Assembly: GCA_041661045.1 (NCBI GenBank)
Contig: JBAZVE010000001.1
Coordinates: 1,230,001-1,262,000, forward strand
Direction of reading: 5' to 3'
Length of the DNA: 32,000 nucleotides
Source of the DNA: Candidatus Saccharimonadota bacterium
Lineage (GTDB): Bacteria; Patescibacteriota; Gracilibacteria; UBA1369; 2-02-FULL-48-14
Part shown: one piece after another, positions 8,493 through 17,824 of the stretch
Layout of the letters: every line of letters starts with the position of its first letter
Position numbering within the stretch: the stretch's first letter is position 1
The notes under the pieces: model-generated
Seen by the model: only the letters and a program-made list of their open reading frames with translations
Told to the model about the DNA's origin: nothing
Database searches by the model: none
Translations under genes and position numbers: made by a program

Positions 8493-9113
8493 ATGGCTTT
8501 AAGTAAAAATAAATCCATCGGTCTTCTGCTTATTATCCTTCCGCCGATTTTTATCCTGGTGGCGCTGTTTTGTTTTGCCCTGGTGAATATGATTTTGGGG
8601 TCCAATCCGTTGGCGAATGAAGAGATCTCCGAGCTCCAGGCTGCCTTGAACACCAGCCTTGCCTTTATCGGTTTGCTTGGAACCCTGGGCGTGATGATTG
8701 GAATTCCTCTTGGAATCTTTTTCTTGGCGCGAAAAGACACCACCGCCGCACGGCTCTCGCAAGTGGATGCTCGTTCCGGAAAAGGTCCTTCTTCCGTGAT
8801 TCCTGCTGAGCTTAAAGGATGGAACTGGGGTGCGGCCGGACTCACTTGGATTTGGGGCGCGTACCACAGTGTTTGGATTTCTCTTTTATCTTGGATCTCT
8901 CCGATCAATCTCTTTTGGTGGATTGTGCTTGGCCTCCATGGCAATGAATGGGCGTGGCGAAGCCAAGAATGGGCCAGTGTCCAAGAGTTTAAAAAAGCTC
9001 AAGACAAATGGAAAATCTGGGGAATCTTCTTTGTGGCACTCAAGGTGGGCGCCTTTGTCCTTGCCCTGATCTTTGGGATCACTGTCGTTTTGTTGTCTAG
9101 CTTTACAGGTTAG
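8493..9113 (+). CDS. Polytopic membrane protein of unknown function
   Basis: 206-aa ORF starting 12 nt after the ATPase stop. It has several hydrophobic helices (LLLIILPPIFILVALFCFALV, LAFIGLLGTLGVMIGIPLGIFFL, W-rich GLTWIWGAYHSVWISLLSWI, IFFVALKVGAFVLALIFGITVVLL). Confidence 0.6.
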   Translation: MALSKNKSIGLLLIILPPIFILVALFCFALVNMILGSNPLANEEISELQAALNTSLAFIGLLGTLGVMIGIPLGIFFLARKDTTAARLSQVDARSGKGPSSVIPAELKGWNWGAAGLTWIWGAYHSVWISLLSWISPINLFWWIVLGLHGNEWAWRSQEWASVQEFKKAQDKWKIWGIFFVALKVGAFVLALIFGITVVLLSSFTG

Positions 9114-9214
9114 ACTGTCTCCCTAGGGAGGGATTGTGATCTGTAAAATTACTGGTGGTTCTTTGGATCGCCCTATTTTGTCAAGGCGAGTGGGCGGCGC
9201 GATGCGCGGTTTTC

Positions 9215-9223
9215 TGCTATAAT
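9215..9223 (+). promoter_or_regulatory. Candidate extended -10 promoter element (TGcTATAAT)
   Basis: TGCTATAAT sits about 54 nt upstream of the ATG at 9277. No convincing -35 was seen. Confidence 0.3.
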
Positions 9224-9276
9224 GATAAGAATTCTTGAATTGAAATCAGGATTCAAAAATAAAACTAAAAATAAAA

Positions 9277-10512
9277 ATGATCGTCAAAAAAACCTTTGCG
9301 CTCGTATTCAGTTCTCTGTTCATGGCTTTGCAAGTCAGTGGGACTTTATTGGCCTTGGCGGAAGACAGTGTTCCCCCTCCTCCCGAAGAAGAGGCTGAGT
9401 ATTACATACAAACCTTCATTATTACGGCCTACTATTCTCCTTTGCTCGGTCAACAAAACTATGTGACCGGTTCGTATGAAGGGGATATTACTTTAAATGG
9501 AAGGGGGACCAATGGAGCGGATGGAACTCCGGTTTTTCCGGGTATGATCGCCGCTCCCAAGAGCTACCCTTTTGGCCTTAAGATCTATATCCCCGGAGTA
9601 GGAACCACCTCAGTCAATGATAGAGGAGGTGCCATTGTAACCGCCGGAAATCGAGGAAATTCTTATGACCGTTTGGATATTTGGATGGGACATGGAGATG
9701 AAGGTCTCCGTGCAGCACTCGGTTGGGGAAAACGAACGGTGGAATGCCGTGTCTATGGGGTTAAGCCTGAGATTGAAGCTGCCGTTTACTTCGATCAATA
9801 CCTGACCGTTGAAAACATCTACACTCAAACCTTTTTGAACACTTTGGAATTCCCCGATGACCTTTATTATGGAGATTCCGGAGAGGAAATCACCAAAATG
9901 CAGCAATATTTGGTGGATTGGGGTTACCTCACCGAAACCAATGGCTTTTATGGAGCGGACACCGCTCAAGCCTTGTTTGAATTCCAAACCGACTACGCCA
10001 TTGTTTCAGATTCCGAAGAGCTTGGAGCCGGTCATTTTGGACCTCAAACTCGTCGAAAATTTGACGATTTGATCCTGGGCGGCGTTTCGGACGAAATGGT
10101 TAAATTGCAAAAGGGACAGAGCTTGATGAGTAAGTATCCTCACTTGTTTGAAGAGAAGGAAAGCTTTGGAACCGCACTCACGCTTGGGGACAGCGGAGAA
10201 ACCGTGACTCGCCTGCAAGAAGAACTGCAAACGCTTGGATTCTTGCGCATTGCTCCCACCGGACTTTTTGGAGAAAGCACCGCGCACGCCCTTTATAAAT
10301 TCCAACAATCTCAAGGCATCGTGACCAGCGAAACCGACAGTGGAGCCGGTTACCTCGGGCCTCAAACGCGCAGCGCGCTCAACTCCATTTTGGCCAGCCG
10401 TTACGAAAGCAAAAGTCTCATGGCCTACCAACGCGAAGAACTCGAAGCGGGTCGCTTGGCCCTTATGATGCCGGACAAGACTTTGGCGAGCCTCCAAAAG
10501 GAGGATTTCTAG
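9277..10512 (+). CDS. Secreted 3D-domain protein with peptidoglycan-binding (PG_binding_1-like) repeats
   Basis: Signal peptide (...LLALAEDS). The 3D-domain-like core reads ITAYYSP...G.NG.G..GADGTPV.PGMIAAP..YPFG.KIYIPG.G...V.DRGGAI. Repeated PG-binding units include GDSGEEITKMQQYLVDWGYL...ADTAQALFEFQ and GDSGETVTRLQEELQTLGFL...ESTAHALYKFQ. Confidence 0.8.
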   Translation: MIVKKTFALVFSSLFMALQVSGTLLALAEDSVPPPPEEEAEYYIQTFIITAYYSPLLGQQNYVTGSYEGDITLNGRGTNGADGTPVFPGMIAAPKSYPFGLKIYIPGVGTTSVNDRGGAIVTAGNRGNSYDRLDIWMGHGDEGLRAALGWGKRTVECRVYGVKPEIEAAVYFDQYLTVENIYTQTFLNTLEFPDDLYYGDSGEEITKMQQYLVDWGYLTETNGFYGADTAQALFEFQTDYAIVSDSEELGAGHFGPQTRRKFDDLILGGVSDEMVKLQKGQSLMSKYPHLFEEKESFGTALTLGDSGETVTRLQEELQTLGFLRIAPTGLFGESTAHALYKFQQSQGIVTSETDSGAGYLGPQTRSALNSILASRYESKSLMAYQREELEAGRLALMMPDKTLASLQKEDF

Positions 10513-10539
10513 GGGAGGAAGATTGTAAAGATTGCGCTC

Positions 10540-10712
10540 GGTACGGGAGCCTTTATGTACCTCGCCCATTCTTTACAATCTTCCCCAGAATTCCCTCGTT
10601 AGGGAGCCTTTATGTGCTTCACACCTCTTTAGAAATCCCTCGTTATAGTGGACTGGTACGGGAGCCTTTATGTACCTCGCCCATTCTTTACAATCTTCCC
10701 CAGAATTCCCTC
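10540..10712. repeat. 57-58 bp tandem repeat (about 3 units) between convergent genes
   Basis: 10540-10597 and 10655-10712 are identical 58-mers (GGTACGGGAGCCTTTATGTACCTCGCCCATTCTTTACAATCTTCCCCAGAATTCCCTC). The unit between them (10598-10654) is a degenerate copy that keeps GGGAGCCTTTATGT. A weak fourth start (GGGAACCT) overlaps the tsaE stop. Confidence 0.85.
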
Positions 10713-10713
10713 T

Positions 10714-11124
10714 TTAGGGAACCTCCGTTACCGTGATTTCTCGTTCATCCCCGCCCTTGTGCTCTAGGTGGATTCGTAAATGGGGTCGTTGGAGCTGTGC
10801 TTCTATTTTTTCCGGCCATTCGATCACCAAGTGTTTCCCCTGCGCCAAGTGTTCTTCCAGTTGATCCAAAGTGAAGGGGTCTAGCTTTTCGAGTCTGTAC
10901 AAATCGTAATGAATGAGGCCAGGGTGTTCTGAAATCAATGTGAAGGTTGGGCTTTTGATGGCGCTTGCTTCAATGCCGAGTGCCTCCGCCAAGCCTTTGA
11001 CGAGCGTGGTTTTTCCCGCCCCCAAGTTCCCGTAGAGCAGCCAAATTTTGTGCTCCGGGTACTGCTCAAGCAAGGATTTTGCCAAAGCCATGGTCTCCGC
11101 GGCGGTTTGAGTGGTATTTTGCAT
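10714..11124 (-). CDS. tsaE: tRNA t6A37 threonylcarbamoyladenosine biosynthesis ATPase TsaE (YjeE)
   Basis: 136-aa ORF with P-loop LYGNLGAGKTTLVKG, then SPTF.L..E, HYDLYR and IEWPE, the standard TsaE motif series. Confidence 0.9.
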   Translation of the reverse strand: MQNTTQTAAETMALAKSLLEQYPEHKIWLLYGNLGAGKTTLVKGLAEALGIEASAIKSPTFTLISEHPGLIHYDLYRLEKLDPFTLDQLEEHLAQGKHLVIEWPEKIEAQLQRPHLRIHLEHKGGDEREITVTEVP

Positions 11125-11174
11125 GAAAATATGCTATTATTACTAGATTAAAACAAAATCAAACCAAAAGAAAT

Positions 11175-13349
11175 ATGAAGACACTCCGCAGTCAGCTCCA
11201 AAATCGTCATGTTCGAGAGTGGATTTCGCTCTTAACCCTTTTGGGAGTTTCGGTCTTTGGAGTGAATTACCGTTACGAAACACACCTGCTCTTCACATCC
11301 CTCACCGGCACGGAGGAGCATGATCCTTTTGATGGAACGGTGATGCCGATTCAGGAATCTCCGCGTTGGACGCACTTGACGGATGAGCAGTGGGACATGA
11401 GTTACCAAGAGCTTCCCAAGTCTGCGCTTGGACCTATTCCGGAATATCGCAATGATTATTTGACTTTTGACTCTGATGACTTGGTGTGGGGAAATGCTGA
11501 ACACGATATCATTCGAGACACCAAAATCACCTTCTCCGTGGCTTATGGGGACAACTATGAGTTCGACGACTCTGGTGAAGGATCTGGAACTCACCCCGCT
11601 GTGGACATTAAAGTTCCCGAAAATACGCCGGTCTACAGCATTGCCAACGGAGTTGTGATCAGTGCCGGGACTTCCAGCAGTTTTGGAAAATATATTGTGG
11701 TGAGACACAACGGTGTCCCCGATCCCAATTTCCCAGGACAAACCACCACCTTGGATAGCAGTTATTCTCACCTTTCTGATTTCTTTGTGACGGAGGGAGA
11801 GGAAGTAGCCAAGGGTGAAGTGATTGGCCAAGTGGGAGACACGGGAACGGCCACGACTTATCATCTGCATTTTCAGCTCGATACTGACGATGCGCCTTGG
11901 CATCCCTATTGGCCTTTCACCAGTGCAGAGGCCAGTGCCGCCGGATACAGTTTTTGGGAGGCGGTGACTGCCGGAGTTGGAGAAGAGAATATGTACAGAT
12001 ACACGCGCAATCCTTTGGATTTTGTCCAAGACCATTTGGATGAGGACGCCACGCTCACGGATGCGCCCATTGTTTCAACCGTAGAAAGCACGGCCACTCC
12101 AGAAGAAGAGGAGCCGGAGGAAGAGGAAACCCCCACTGAAGAGGAAGTGGATTCTTCCGTGGTGAGCATCGACTTTAGTGACCTCGAAATCAGTACCCCC
12201 GCGTTCATTATGCCGGGGCAAAACGAAAGCATCCGCATCACCCTTTTGGACGAGGCGGGCGAAGTGAGAAAGGACGCCGATTTTGAAGGCTCCATGACCC
12301 TCACTGTTTCGGACGAAAGCACCGCCAAGCTGAACCGTAGCTCGATCAATGCGGCGGACTTTGAGGATGGAGTCGCGGAGCTCTCGCTTTACGCGGACCA
12401 TGAAGGAGAAGTGACCCTTACGGCAACGGTTGCCACGCGCAGTTACTATTCTTCCACCGTGTATGTGATCGCCAGCATTGAACCTTTTGCCAAGTTTGGC
12501 GTTGCGCACGATGGGTTTTTTGTTCCCGGCAAGCCGGAAAGCATTCAAATTCAATCTCAAGACCTCACCGGTAAGCCCACTCCAGGATTTTATGGAGATG
12601 GAACCATTGAGCTCGACCTTGTGCAGGGATCCGGATCGTTTTCTAAGGATAAGTTCACTAAAAAGGATTTAACTACCGGTATTGCCACGGTGGATTTCAC
12701 CTCTGATTCCGATGAAAATGTGATCATTCGCGTGACTTATGGAACCAAGGTGACCGAAAGCAGCACCCTGGAATCTCAGCTCTTTAGTGATGTTTCCGAA
12801 CTGCATGAATTTTATACTTCTGTGAGCTACTTGTTTGAAAAAGGCACGGTTCAGGGTTATCCCGACGGTTCCTTTAAGCCCGACAATACTGTTTCCCGCG
12901 TGGAGGCGCTCAAGTTCATCTTCAGCGGTCTCGACCAAGGAGTGAACAGCGGACTCACCGTTAGCTTCAGCGACACCTCAAATGGTGAGTGGTATTCCGA
13001 TGTCTTAGCCACCGCCGCCTCCAATGGCGTGGTGCAGGGTTACCCCGATGGTTCCTTTAAGCCCACTCAAGGGGTGAACCGCGTGGAATTCCTCAAGATG
13101 ATTGGCACCTTAGGCCTCGAAATCGACCCTGTGGTTGAAGAAGATCCTTACGAGGATGTGAACAACCTCTCTTGGTACGCTCCTTTCGTTGCGTATGCCA
13201 AGGAAAAGAACCTCTTCCCCATCAGTGGTGATTTGTTCTACCCCGGGGACCCCATGAGCCGCATTGAAGTGGCCGAGGTCATTTACCGAATGATCGTGGT
13301 GGAACAAAATGGCGGAACCCCGTACACCAGCCTCATGCAGGCAAATTGA
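11175..13349 (+). CDS. M23 family metallopeptidase with Ig-like middle region and three C-terminal SLH repeats
   Basis: 724-aa ORF with an N-terminal TM helix. M23 motifs are HPAVDI (HxxxD) and YHLHFQL (HxH), followed by an acidic PEEEE linker. Three SLH-like repeats are present (FSDVSELHEFYTSVSYLFEKGTVQGYPDGSFKPDNTVSRVEALKFI, FSDTSNGEWYSDVLATAASNGVVQGYPDGSFKPTQGVNRVEFLKMI, YEDV..LSWYAPFVAYAKEKNLF). Confidence 0.85.
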   Translation: MKTLRSQLQNRHVREWISLLTLLGVSVFGVNYRYETHLLFTSLTGTEEHDPFDGTVMPIQESPRWTHLTDEQWDMSYQELPKSALGPIPEYRNDYLTFDSDDLVWGNAEHDIIRDTKITFSVAYGDNYEFDDSGEGSGTHPAVDIKVPENTPVYSIANGVVISAGTSSSFGKYIVVRHNGVPDPNFPGQTTTLDSSYSHLSDFFVTEGEEVAKGEVIGQVGDTGTATTYHLHFQLDTDDAPWHPYWPFTSAEASAAGYSFWEAVTAGVGEENMYRYTRNPLDFVQDHLDEDATLTDAPIVSTVESTATPEEEEPEEEETPTEEEVDSSVVSIDFSDLEISTPAFIMPGQNESIRITLLDEAGEVRKDADFEGSMTLTVSDESTAKLNRSSINAADFEDGVAELSLYADHEGEVTLTATVATRSYYSSTVYVIASIEPFAKFGVAHDGFFVPGKPESIQIQSQDLTGKPTPGFYGDGTIELDLVQGSGSFSKDKFTKKDLTTGIATVDFTSDSDENVIIRVTYGTKVTESSTLESQLFSDVSELHEFYTSVSYLFEKGTVQGYPDGSFKPDNTVSRVEALKFIFSGLDQGVNSGLTVSFSDTSNGEWYSDVLATAASNGVVQGYPDGSFKPTQGVNRVEFLKMIGTLGLEIDPVVEEDPYEDVNNLSWYAPFVAYAKEKNLFPISGDLFYPGDPMSRIEVAEVIYRMIVVEQNGGTPYTSLMQAN

Positions 13350-13394
13350 CATTTTAAGTAAAAGGTCTATTATTCATGCTTCTAACCTTGGAGC

Positions 13395-13868
13395 ATGGAG
13401 TCTTTTTCTGCACTTACAGGTCGCTTGGAGGCCTTGCAGCGTTCTCAATATCACATCGACCTCTTGCAGGACGAGATAGCCGAAGAAAGAGACCCCACTG
13501 TGCTCGCAGATATGCGTGAGGAATTGCACGATCGTTTGGTCCAGCTTGGGAATACGAATCTTAGAGATCTTAACCCAAACGAGCTCACCTACCTCACCCA
13601 GACCGCTCGAGCTATTCAAGCCTTGGAATCGCAGGGCTTTAGGTATGAGATTATCCATCAACTGGATATGATTCCCCCTTCTGCCCGCTACTCGCGTTTA
13701 GCTAAAGCCGTCTTCAATCTTCAAAGCGCTTTACGAAATGGTAATAAGTCCAAAGGACAAAAGATCGTTGCGAGCATAAAGTTGCTGCTCATGGAAGTTC
13801 CATCGCTCCGCACTCCCTTGGTGACAGAAGTTCTTCAAACCCGCATACACCGGAGAAAAGCATCTTAA
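13395..13868 (+). CDS. Hypothetical protein (helical, no motif recognised)
   Basis: 157-aa ORF and the longest frame in this interval. Nothing in it is recognisable by eye. Confidence 0.45.
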   Translation: MESFSALTGRLEALQRSQYHIDLLQDEIAEERDPTVLADMREELHDRLVQLGNTNLRDLNPNELTYLTQTARAIQALESQGFRYEIIHQLDMIPPSARYSRLAKAVFNLQSALRNGNKSKGQKIVASIKLLLMEVPSLRTPLVTEVLQTRIHRRKAS

Positions 13869-14003
13869 CATTAACCTTATTACATGAACGCTGCACTTCT
13901 TCTTTCCCTTGCCACGACCTTCCGGGCGGCGCCAGTTGGCTTAGCCTTGAGGGGTGCGTGGATCTTGGAACCGGAAGGGTGTGGGGAGAGATGTAGTTTT
14001 GGC

Positions 14004-15578
14004 CTAAGACTCCAGCCTTGCCAGTTCACTGGATGCCTGCACTTTGTGAAGTACATCTTGGATGATGCCCACTACTGCACTCGCAGCTGGATCTGAGCGT
14101 AAAAACTCCAATGCTGCCACGCCGTTCATGACGGCACTCAGATCAAATCCATCTCCTAGTGTCTTCATATCAAGAGACACCTCAATCAATGAGGCTTGCC
14201 GCGTCAGTTCTTCAGAGATGCCTCTTGCCAAAGCTAAATACAAGAGTGCTTGTTCAGTAAATTCCGGGTTTTCTGCAGCGCCCTTTGCTAGCTTTTCTCC
14301 AAGATGACGAAAAAATGTAGCGATTTTAAAGCCTTCATAGAACTGTTCCACTACCGGTTCAACCTTAGCGTTTAGGATGTCCTCTGTTTCTTTAATGTGG
14401 TCCTCATTGATCCAAAAGCGGTACCAAGTGGCAAACCTGTGGGACAACTGTGGAACAATCCAAGCTAATTTTTCTGTTTTTTTCGTGAGATCTTCGAGAA
14501 AGTTCTTCCCAAGCAGCCTTTCTATAACAAGCCTTGTGCTTGCATCCTCCGGCTTCAGTCCCGATTGAAGTGCTGCTTTTCTTGCGTGGCTCTGCAAGCC
14601 TTTTTTCAAAAGTGGTCTTTGGTCTAAGTCGGGGTGAACCATTTGTAATCTCACGAAATCTATCAAACTGTTCTCCCCCAGCACCGGAGCTTTCAACTGT
14701 GATGAGGAACGCGCTTTCAGCATGGCACTCCACACATCTTCCGGGCAACCAGCCCTTTGCTCCACAGTTTGACCCAAGAAAAGCCGGTCAATAATGGCCT
14801 TGACGACAACTCTCCTTGTAGACAAATCTTCAAGGGTAAGGATGGTAGCTTTAGCCATCAGTGGAAAGTTACCCTTGGGATCCAACTGCATTTCCTTCAT
14901 GCTTAAAAATAGCTCTGAGAACCAATCTGCCAAAGTCTCCCTACGGGCAGCTGGCAACCCTACACCCACGATATAAGAAGAGTGAGCTTTGTTTATCACT
15001 CTAGCAGAGGGCGTACTCACCTTATCATCAACGTGTGGATCAAAGTTTTTTTCATAAGCAATCTTGGAACCAAACTTTGGGCCGCCTTCATCCTTGAAAT
15101 ATACATTCAAAATCTTCACAAAGAGCTGGCTTACTTCGTCGGAGAATCCTCTTGTATCAAGGTCTATGCTCTCTACTACCAAGACTAATTTGCTCGGGTC
15201 TTGCATGAATAGCTCTTCCAGAATTTTTTTGGGGTTCCTTTGCTCGGGAGGCAATACTCTAATTATTTGAGAAATCTCTGTACTGAACCCAAGAAGCGCA
15301 TCAGGTAGTCTTTCGAATTCTGGGTTGGGGAAGCTGTCTCTCAACTGTTGTGGCTCTTTATACTCAGTCGCGTCAATTTCCTCTCTTTTTTTTCTGAATG
15401 CATTTATGGCGGCTTCATCCCTCGCGACTGCCTCCCGATAAGCGTGCAGTGCCTCCTGGGCAAAAAGACCCATTTTTCCGAACTCCTCCAGTTGTTGTAG
15501 CGTTTCGGGCATGTCAACAGCAGCATCCACTCTGGTGAGTGCTGTTATTTGCCCCTCTGGTGCTGCTCCTTTACTCAT
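14004..15578 (-). CDS. Hypothetical 524-aa protein, predicted mostly alpha-helical
   Basis: Long uninterrupted ORF and the last gene of a co-directional minus-strand cluster. No signal peptide, TM helix or catalytic motif recognised. Confidence 0.65.
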   Translation of the reverse strand: MSKGAAPEGQITALTRVDAAVDMPETLQQLEEFGKMGLFAQEALHAYREAVARDEAAINAFRKKREEIDATEYKEPQQLRDSFPNPEFERLPDALLGFSTEISQIIRVLPPEQRNPKKILEELFMQDPSKLVLVVESIDLDTRGFSDEVSQLFVKILNVYFKDEGGPKFGSKIAYEKNFDPHVDDKVSTPSARVINKAHSSYIVGVGLPAARRETLADWFSELFLSMKEMQLDPKGNFPLMAKATILTLEDLSTRRVVVKAIIDRLFLGQTVEQRAGCPEDVWSAMLKARSSSQLKAPVLGENSLIDFVRLQMVHPDLDQRPLLKKGLQSHARKAALQSGLKPEDASTRLVIERLLGKNFLEDLTKKTEKLAWIVPQLSHRFATWYRFWINEDHIKETEDILNAKVEPVVEQFYEGFKIATFFRHLGEKLAKGAAENPEFTEQALLYLALARGISEELTRQASLIEVSLDMKTLGDGFDLSAVMNGVAALEFLRSDPAASAVVGIIQDVLHKVQASSELARLES

Positions 15579-15686
15579 ATTTGCAATGGATGGAATTCTA
15601 ATCTTTTAATTATAGCATTTTTTCTCTGTTAAATCCAGGCTAATCCTGCCGGTTGGCTTAGAGAGTCTCGATAAGTGATAATCCTT

Positions 15687-16448
15687 TTATCTACGCCTTG
15701 GTCTCTCCATCATCGCCTGTATGTGATTAGGGAAATCTTCTTTCCGGCCTTCCTTTTCCAGCAGGTATTGGGTTAAAGCCATCAGACTAAAACCATCTCT
15801 TAAGACTTCTTCTTGTTCAGACTCCGCAGGTTTGGTGGTGATTACGCTTTCAAGCTCTTGAAGATCAACCACCCCTTTGATAGCACCTTTTCTAACTGCA
15901 TTAGAAATCTTTTTTGCCTTTGTAATGCCGTGTCTCTGAATAGTTTTTTCTAAAACCCTGCGCCATTCACCTTCTGTGTACGCATCGGCGGCAGCATTTT
16001 CTGTTGCGTAGGCCCGTCCTTCTCCAGCGTAGTAGGCAGATGATCGTGCGCTTCCTGCATTCGATTGTTTAGGCTCTATCCCCACTGCTTTGTCGTAAAG
16101 ATGTCGATGCTCATGTACTCCTAGCAGTCCGGCCCATGTCTCCTCCACAGGAAAGGCTTTCATCATTAGAAGATTGAGGTCAGTTCGATCTGCAACAAAT
16201 ATAGGTTGTGCCGTTGTAAACAAACGATGCTCGAAAGGAATAATGCATTTGTATCCTTGAATTCCTGTACCACCTTCAACACTTATCAATCGATCCCCTT
16301 GCAACTCTACCCAAAGTACTCGACTTTTGAAACTACGCATTGTAGCTAAAAGCCTTTCATCTTCTTGGTTTCTTCCTGGAGCCGAAAGAACTTTATCCAA
16401 GCCCCTATCGTAGAGGGCGCGGGCTTCTACTTCACTTAGATGAGTCAT
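15687..16448 (-). CDS. Hypothetical protein with HExxH motif (possible zinc metallopeptidase)
   Basis: 253-aa ORF. LLGVHEHRHLYD contains HEHRH (HExxH), with Glu-containing segments (YYAGEGRAYATE) about 30 aa downstream as possible third-ligand candidates. No signal peptide. Confidence 0.55.
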   Translation of the reverse strand: MTHLSEVEARALYDRGLDKVLSAPGRNQEDERLLATMRSFKSRVLWVELQGDRLISVEGGTGIQGYKCIIPFEHRLFTTAQPIFVADRTDLNLLMMKAFPVEETWAGLLGVHEHRHLYDKAVGIEPKQSNAGSARSSAYYAGEGRAYATENAAADAYTEGEWRRVLEKTIQRHGITKAKKISNAVRKGAIKGVVDLQELESVITTKPAESEQEEVLRDGFSLMALTQYLLEKEGRKEDFPNHIQAMMERPRRR

Positions 16449-16560
16449 GAGAGAGAAATTTTATAGCCTAAACTACAATATGTTTATGGATTTGTAAAGA
16501 GCCTTCGGGCCAGGGGCTTTTGCCGTACTGAACAGTTATGAGATGCTGGGATGACAGACA

Positions 16561-17223
16561 TTAGCTCGCGCTCCGTCCTTTGATCAAATCCATCATGATT
16601 TCCTGTAGCATTTTTTCCCTTTCAAATTCCTCTGGATTGAAAGGTTTTGTGGTAGGGTGCTGCTTGATCAGTTCCCGTCCAGTAGTCATGGCAAAGGCAG
16701 CGAAGGCAAGCATGATCTCATCATCCACTCCACAGTCCCTCAATATATGGCGGACCCTCAAGATAGCTTGCATCAACCTTTGTCCCATGGTGGCGCCTAA
16801 CCTCCTACTGGGATCTTTCACAATTTCATAGAATTCCTCGAATTCTTGATTGAGTTCTCGTAGCACCCTTTCTAAATCTGGATTCGTGGTCATTTGCCCC
16901 ACCCTGATCCGTCTTTCTTCTCGAAGATAAGCCGCGGCATCGCTGTTTAAAGCTTCACTAAGGACAGGATGCAAAGCAGCCAAAACTGAAGGGGCTTCAA
17001 TGACATCCATAAGCTGAGTGCCTTCTTCCGCACACACCATTTCAACTTCTGGTGAAGCAGGCATCGCGGCCTCAGCAGGTGCTGAATCTCCACTTTCTAC
17101 TGCATCAACTGTTGTGACTGTTGGGTCAATTGGGTCTGTATCCGCCATAAATAATTGCTTATATCTGTTGATTATACCCCTAATCGGACTTTTGGTAAAT
17201 AGGGTGCCCTCCCAAAGCTTCAT
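16561..17223 (-). CDS. Hypothetical protein
   Basis: 220-aa ORF. The track start overlaps the upstream gene by 44 nt. An alternative ATG at 17148 (MADTDPIDP...) removes the overlap. The N-terminal region is acidic and looks disordered, and the C-terminal half looks helical. Confidence 0.5.
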   Translation of the reverse strand: MKLWEGTLFTKSPIRGIINRYKQLFMADTDPIDPTVTTVDAVESGDSAPAEAAMPASPEVEMVCAEEGTQLMDVIEAPSVLAALHPVLSEALNSDAAAYLREERRIRVGQMTTNPDLERVLRELNQEFEEFYEIVKDPSRRLGATMGQRLMQAILRVRHILRDCGVDDEIMLAFAAFAMTTGRELIKQHPTTKPFNPEEFEREKMLQEIMMDLIKGRSAS

Positions 17224-17764
17224 GGTTTATTTCTTTTCCCAGTCGATACTCACCCCCCTCATATGGATTCAATAGTTCGTAGAGGCGAAATTTGAATTTT
17301 ACGAGCTCTCGAACGAGATCAATCGCCGTTCCACGAATACGGTAGTTCTCCATAGGGTTGTCTTTCCTATAATCGTCACGGCCTCTCATCGAGAGCCTGG
17401 GGTGATGCGCTATGATTCTTGCCTCTAAGTCCACACAAAAACTACCTGGGATGAGTCCTTGCACCTGTATGCCCCTTTCTTGAGCCGTTCTCTGAATCTC
17501 TTCGTCTCCAAAGCGGTGAAGCTTGTGAATGCCTTTATCTTTGTGCCTTTTCCTTCCACTGTAGGTTTGTAGGAGTTCAGGATGAAAGTCGGTTGAGACG
17601 CCCTGCGTTGCAGAAGAAATTGTGCCTCCCGTATCTCTTGCGTCCCAATCTTCAAGTATTTCTACTAGAGATTTTCTACTCAGTTCATCCAGTTCTGGCC
17701 CTGCAGGAGAGATTTTAAAAATTTCCATAGATATGAATGGAACGGAGTTTAGCACCTCTCGCAT
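17180..17764 (-). CDS. Hypothetical protein
   Basis: 194-aa ORF in the same minus-strand cluster. No motif recognised. Confidence 0.5.
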   Translation of the reverse strand: MREVLNSVPFISMEIFKISPAGPELDELSRKSLVEILEDWDARDTGGTISSATQGVSTDFHPELLQTYSGRKRHKDKGIHKLHRFGDEEIQRTAQERGIQVQGLIPGSFCVDLEARIIAHHPRLSMRGRDDYRKDNPMENYRIRGTAIDLVRELVKFKFRLYELLNPYEGGEYRLGKEINHEALGGHPIYQKSD

Positions 17765-17824
17765 AGATTTACTATATCTACGAAGAACCCTGGGCTGGAT
17801 GATCCAACAACTATGAGATCTTTT

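Noticed and set aside
10540-10712. Possible miniature CRISPR array
   Set aside because: The supposed spacer is itself a degenerate copy of the repeat. There are only about 3 units, the period is 57-58 bp with no unique spacers, and no cas genes are in the window.
11232-12560. Antisense ORFs of 267, 147 and 161 aa within the M23/SLH gene
   Set aside because: These are shadow frames. The + strand ORF has M23 and SLH signatures throughout.
13374-14096. Small ORFs at 13374-13661 (minus) and 13884-14096 (plus)
   Set aside because: The first is antisense to the longer 157-aa ORF. The second overlaps the 3' end of the 524-aa gene and has no features. An 8-bp inverted repeat (CCTTCCGG/CCGGAAGG, near 13918 and 13970) in this convergent gap is too weak to call a terminator.
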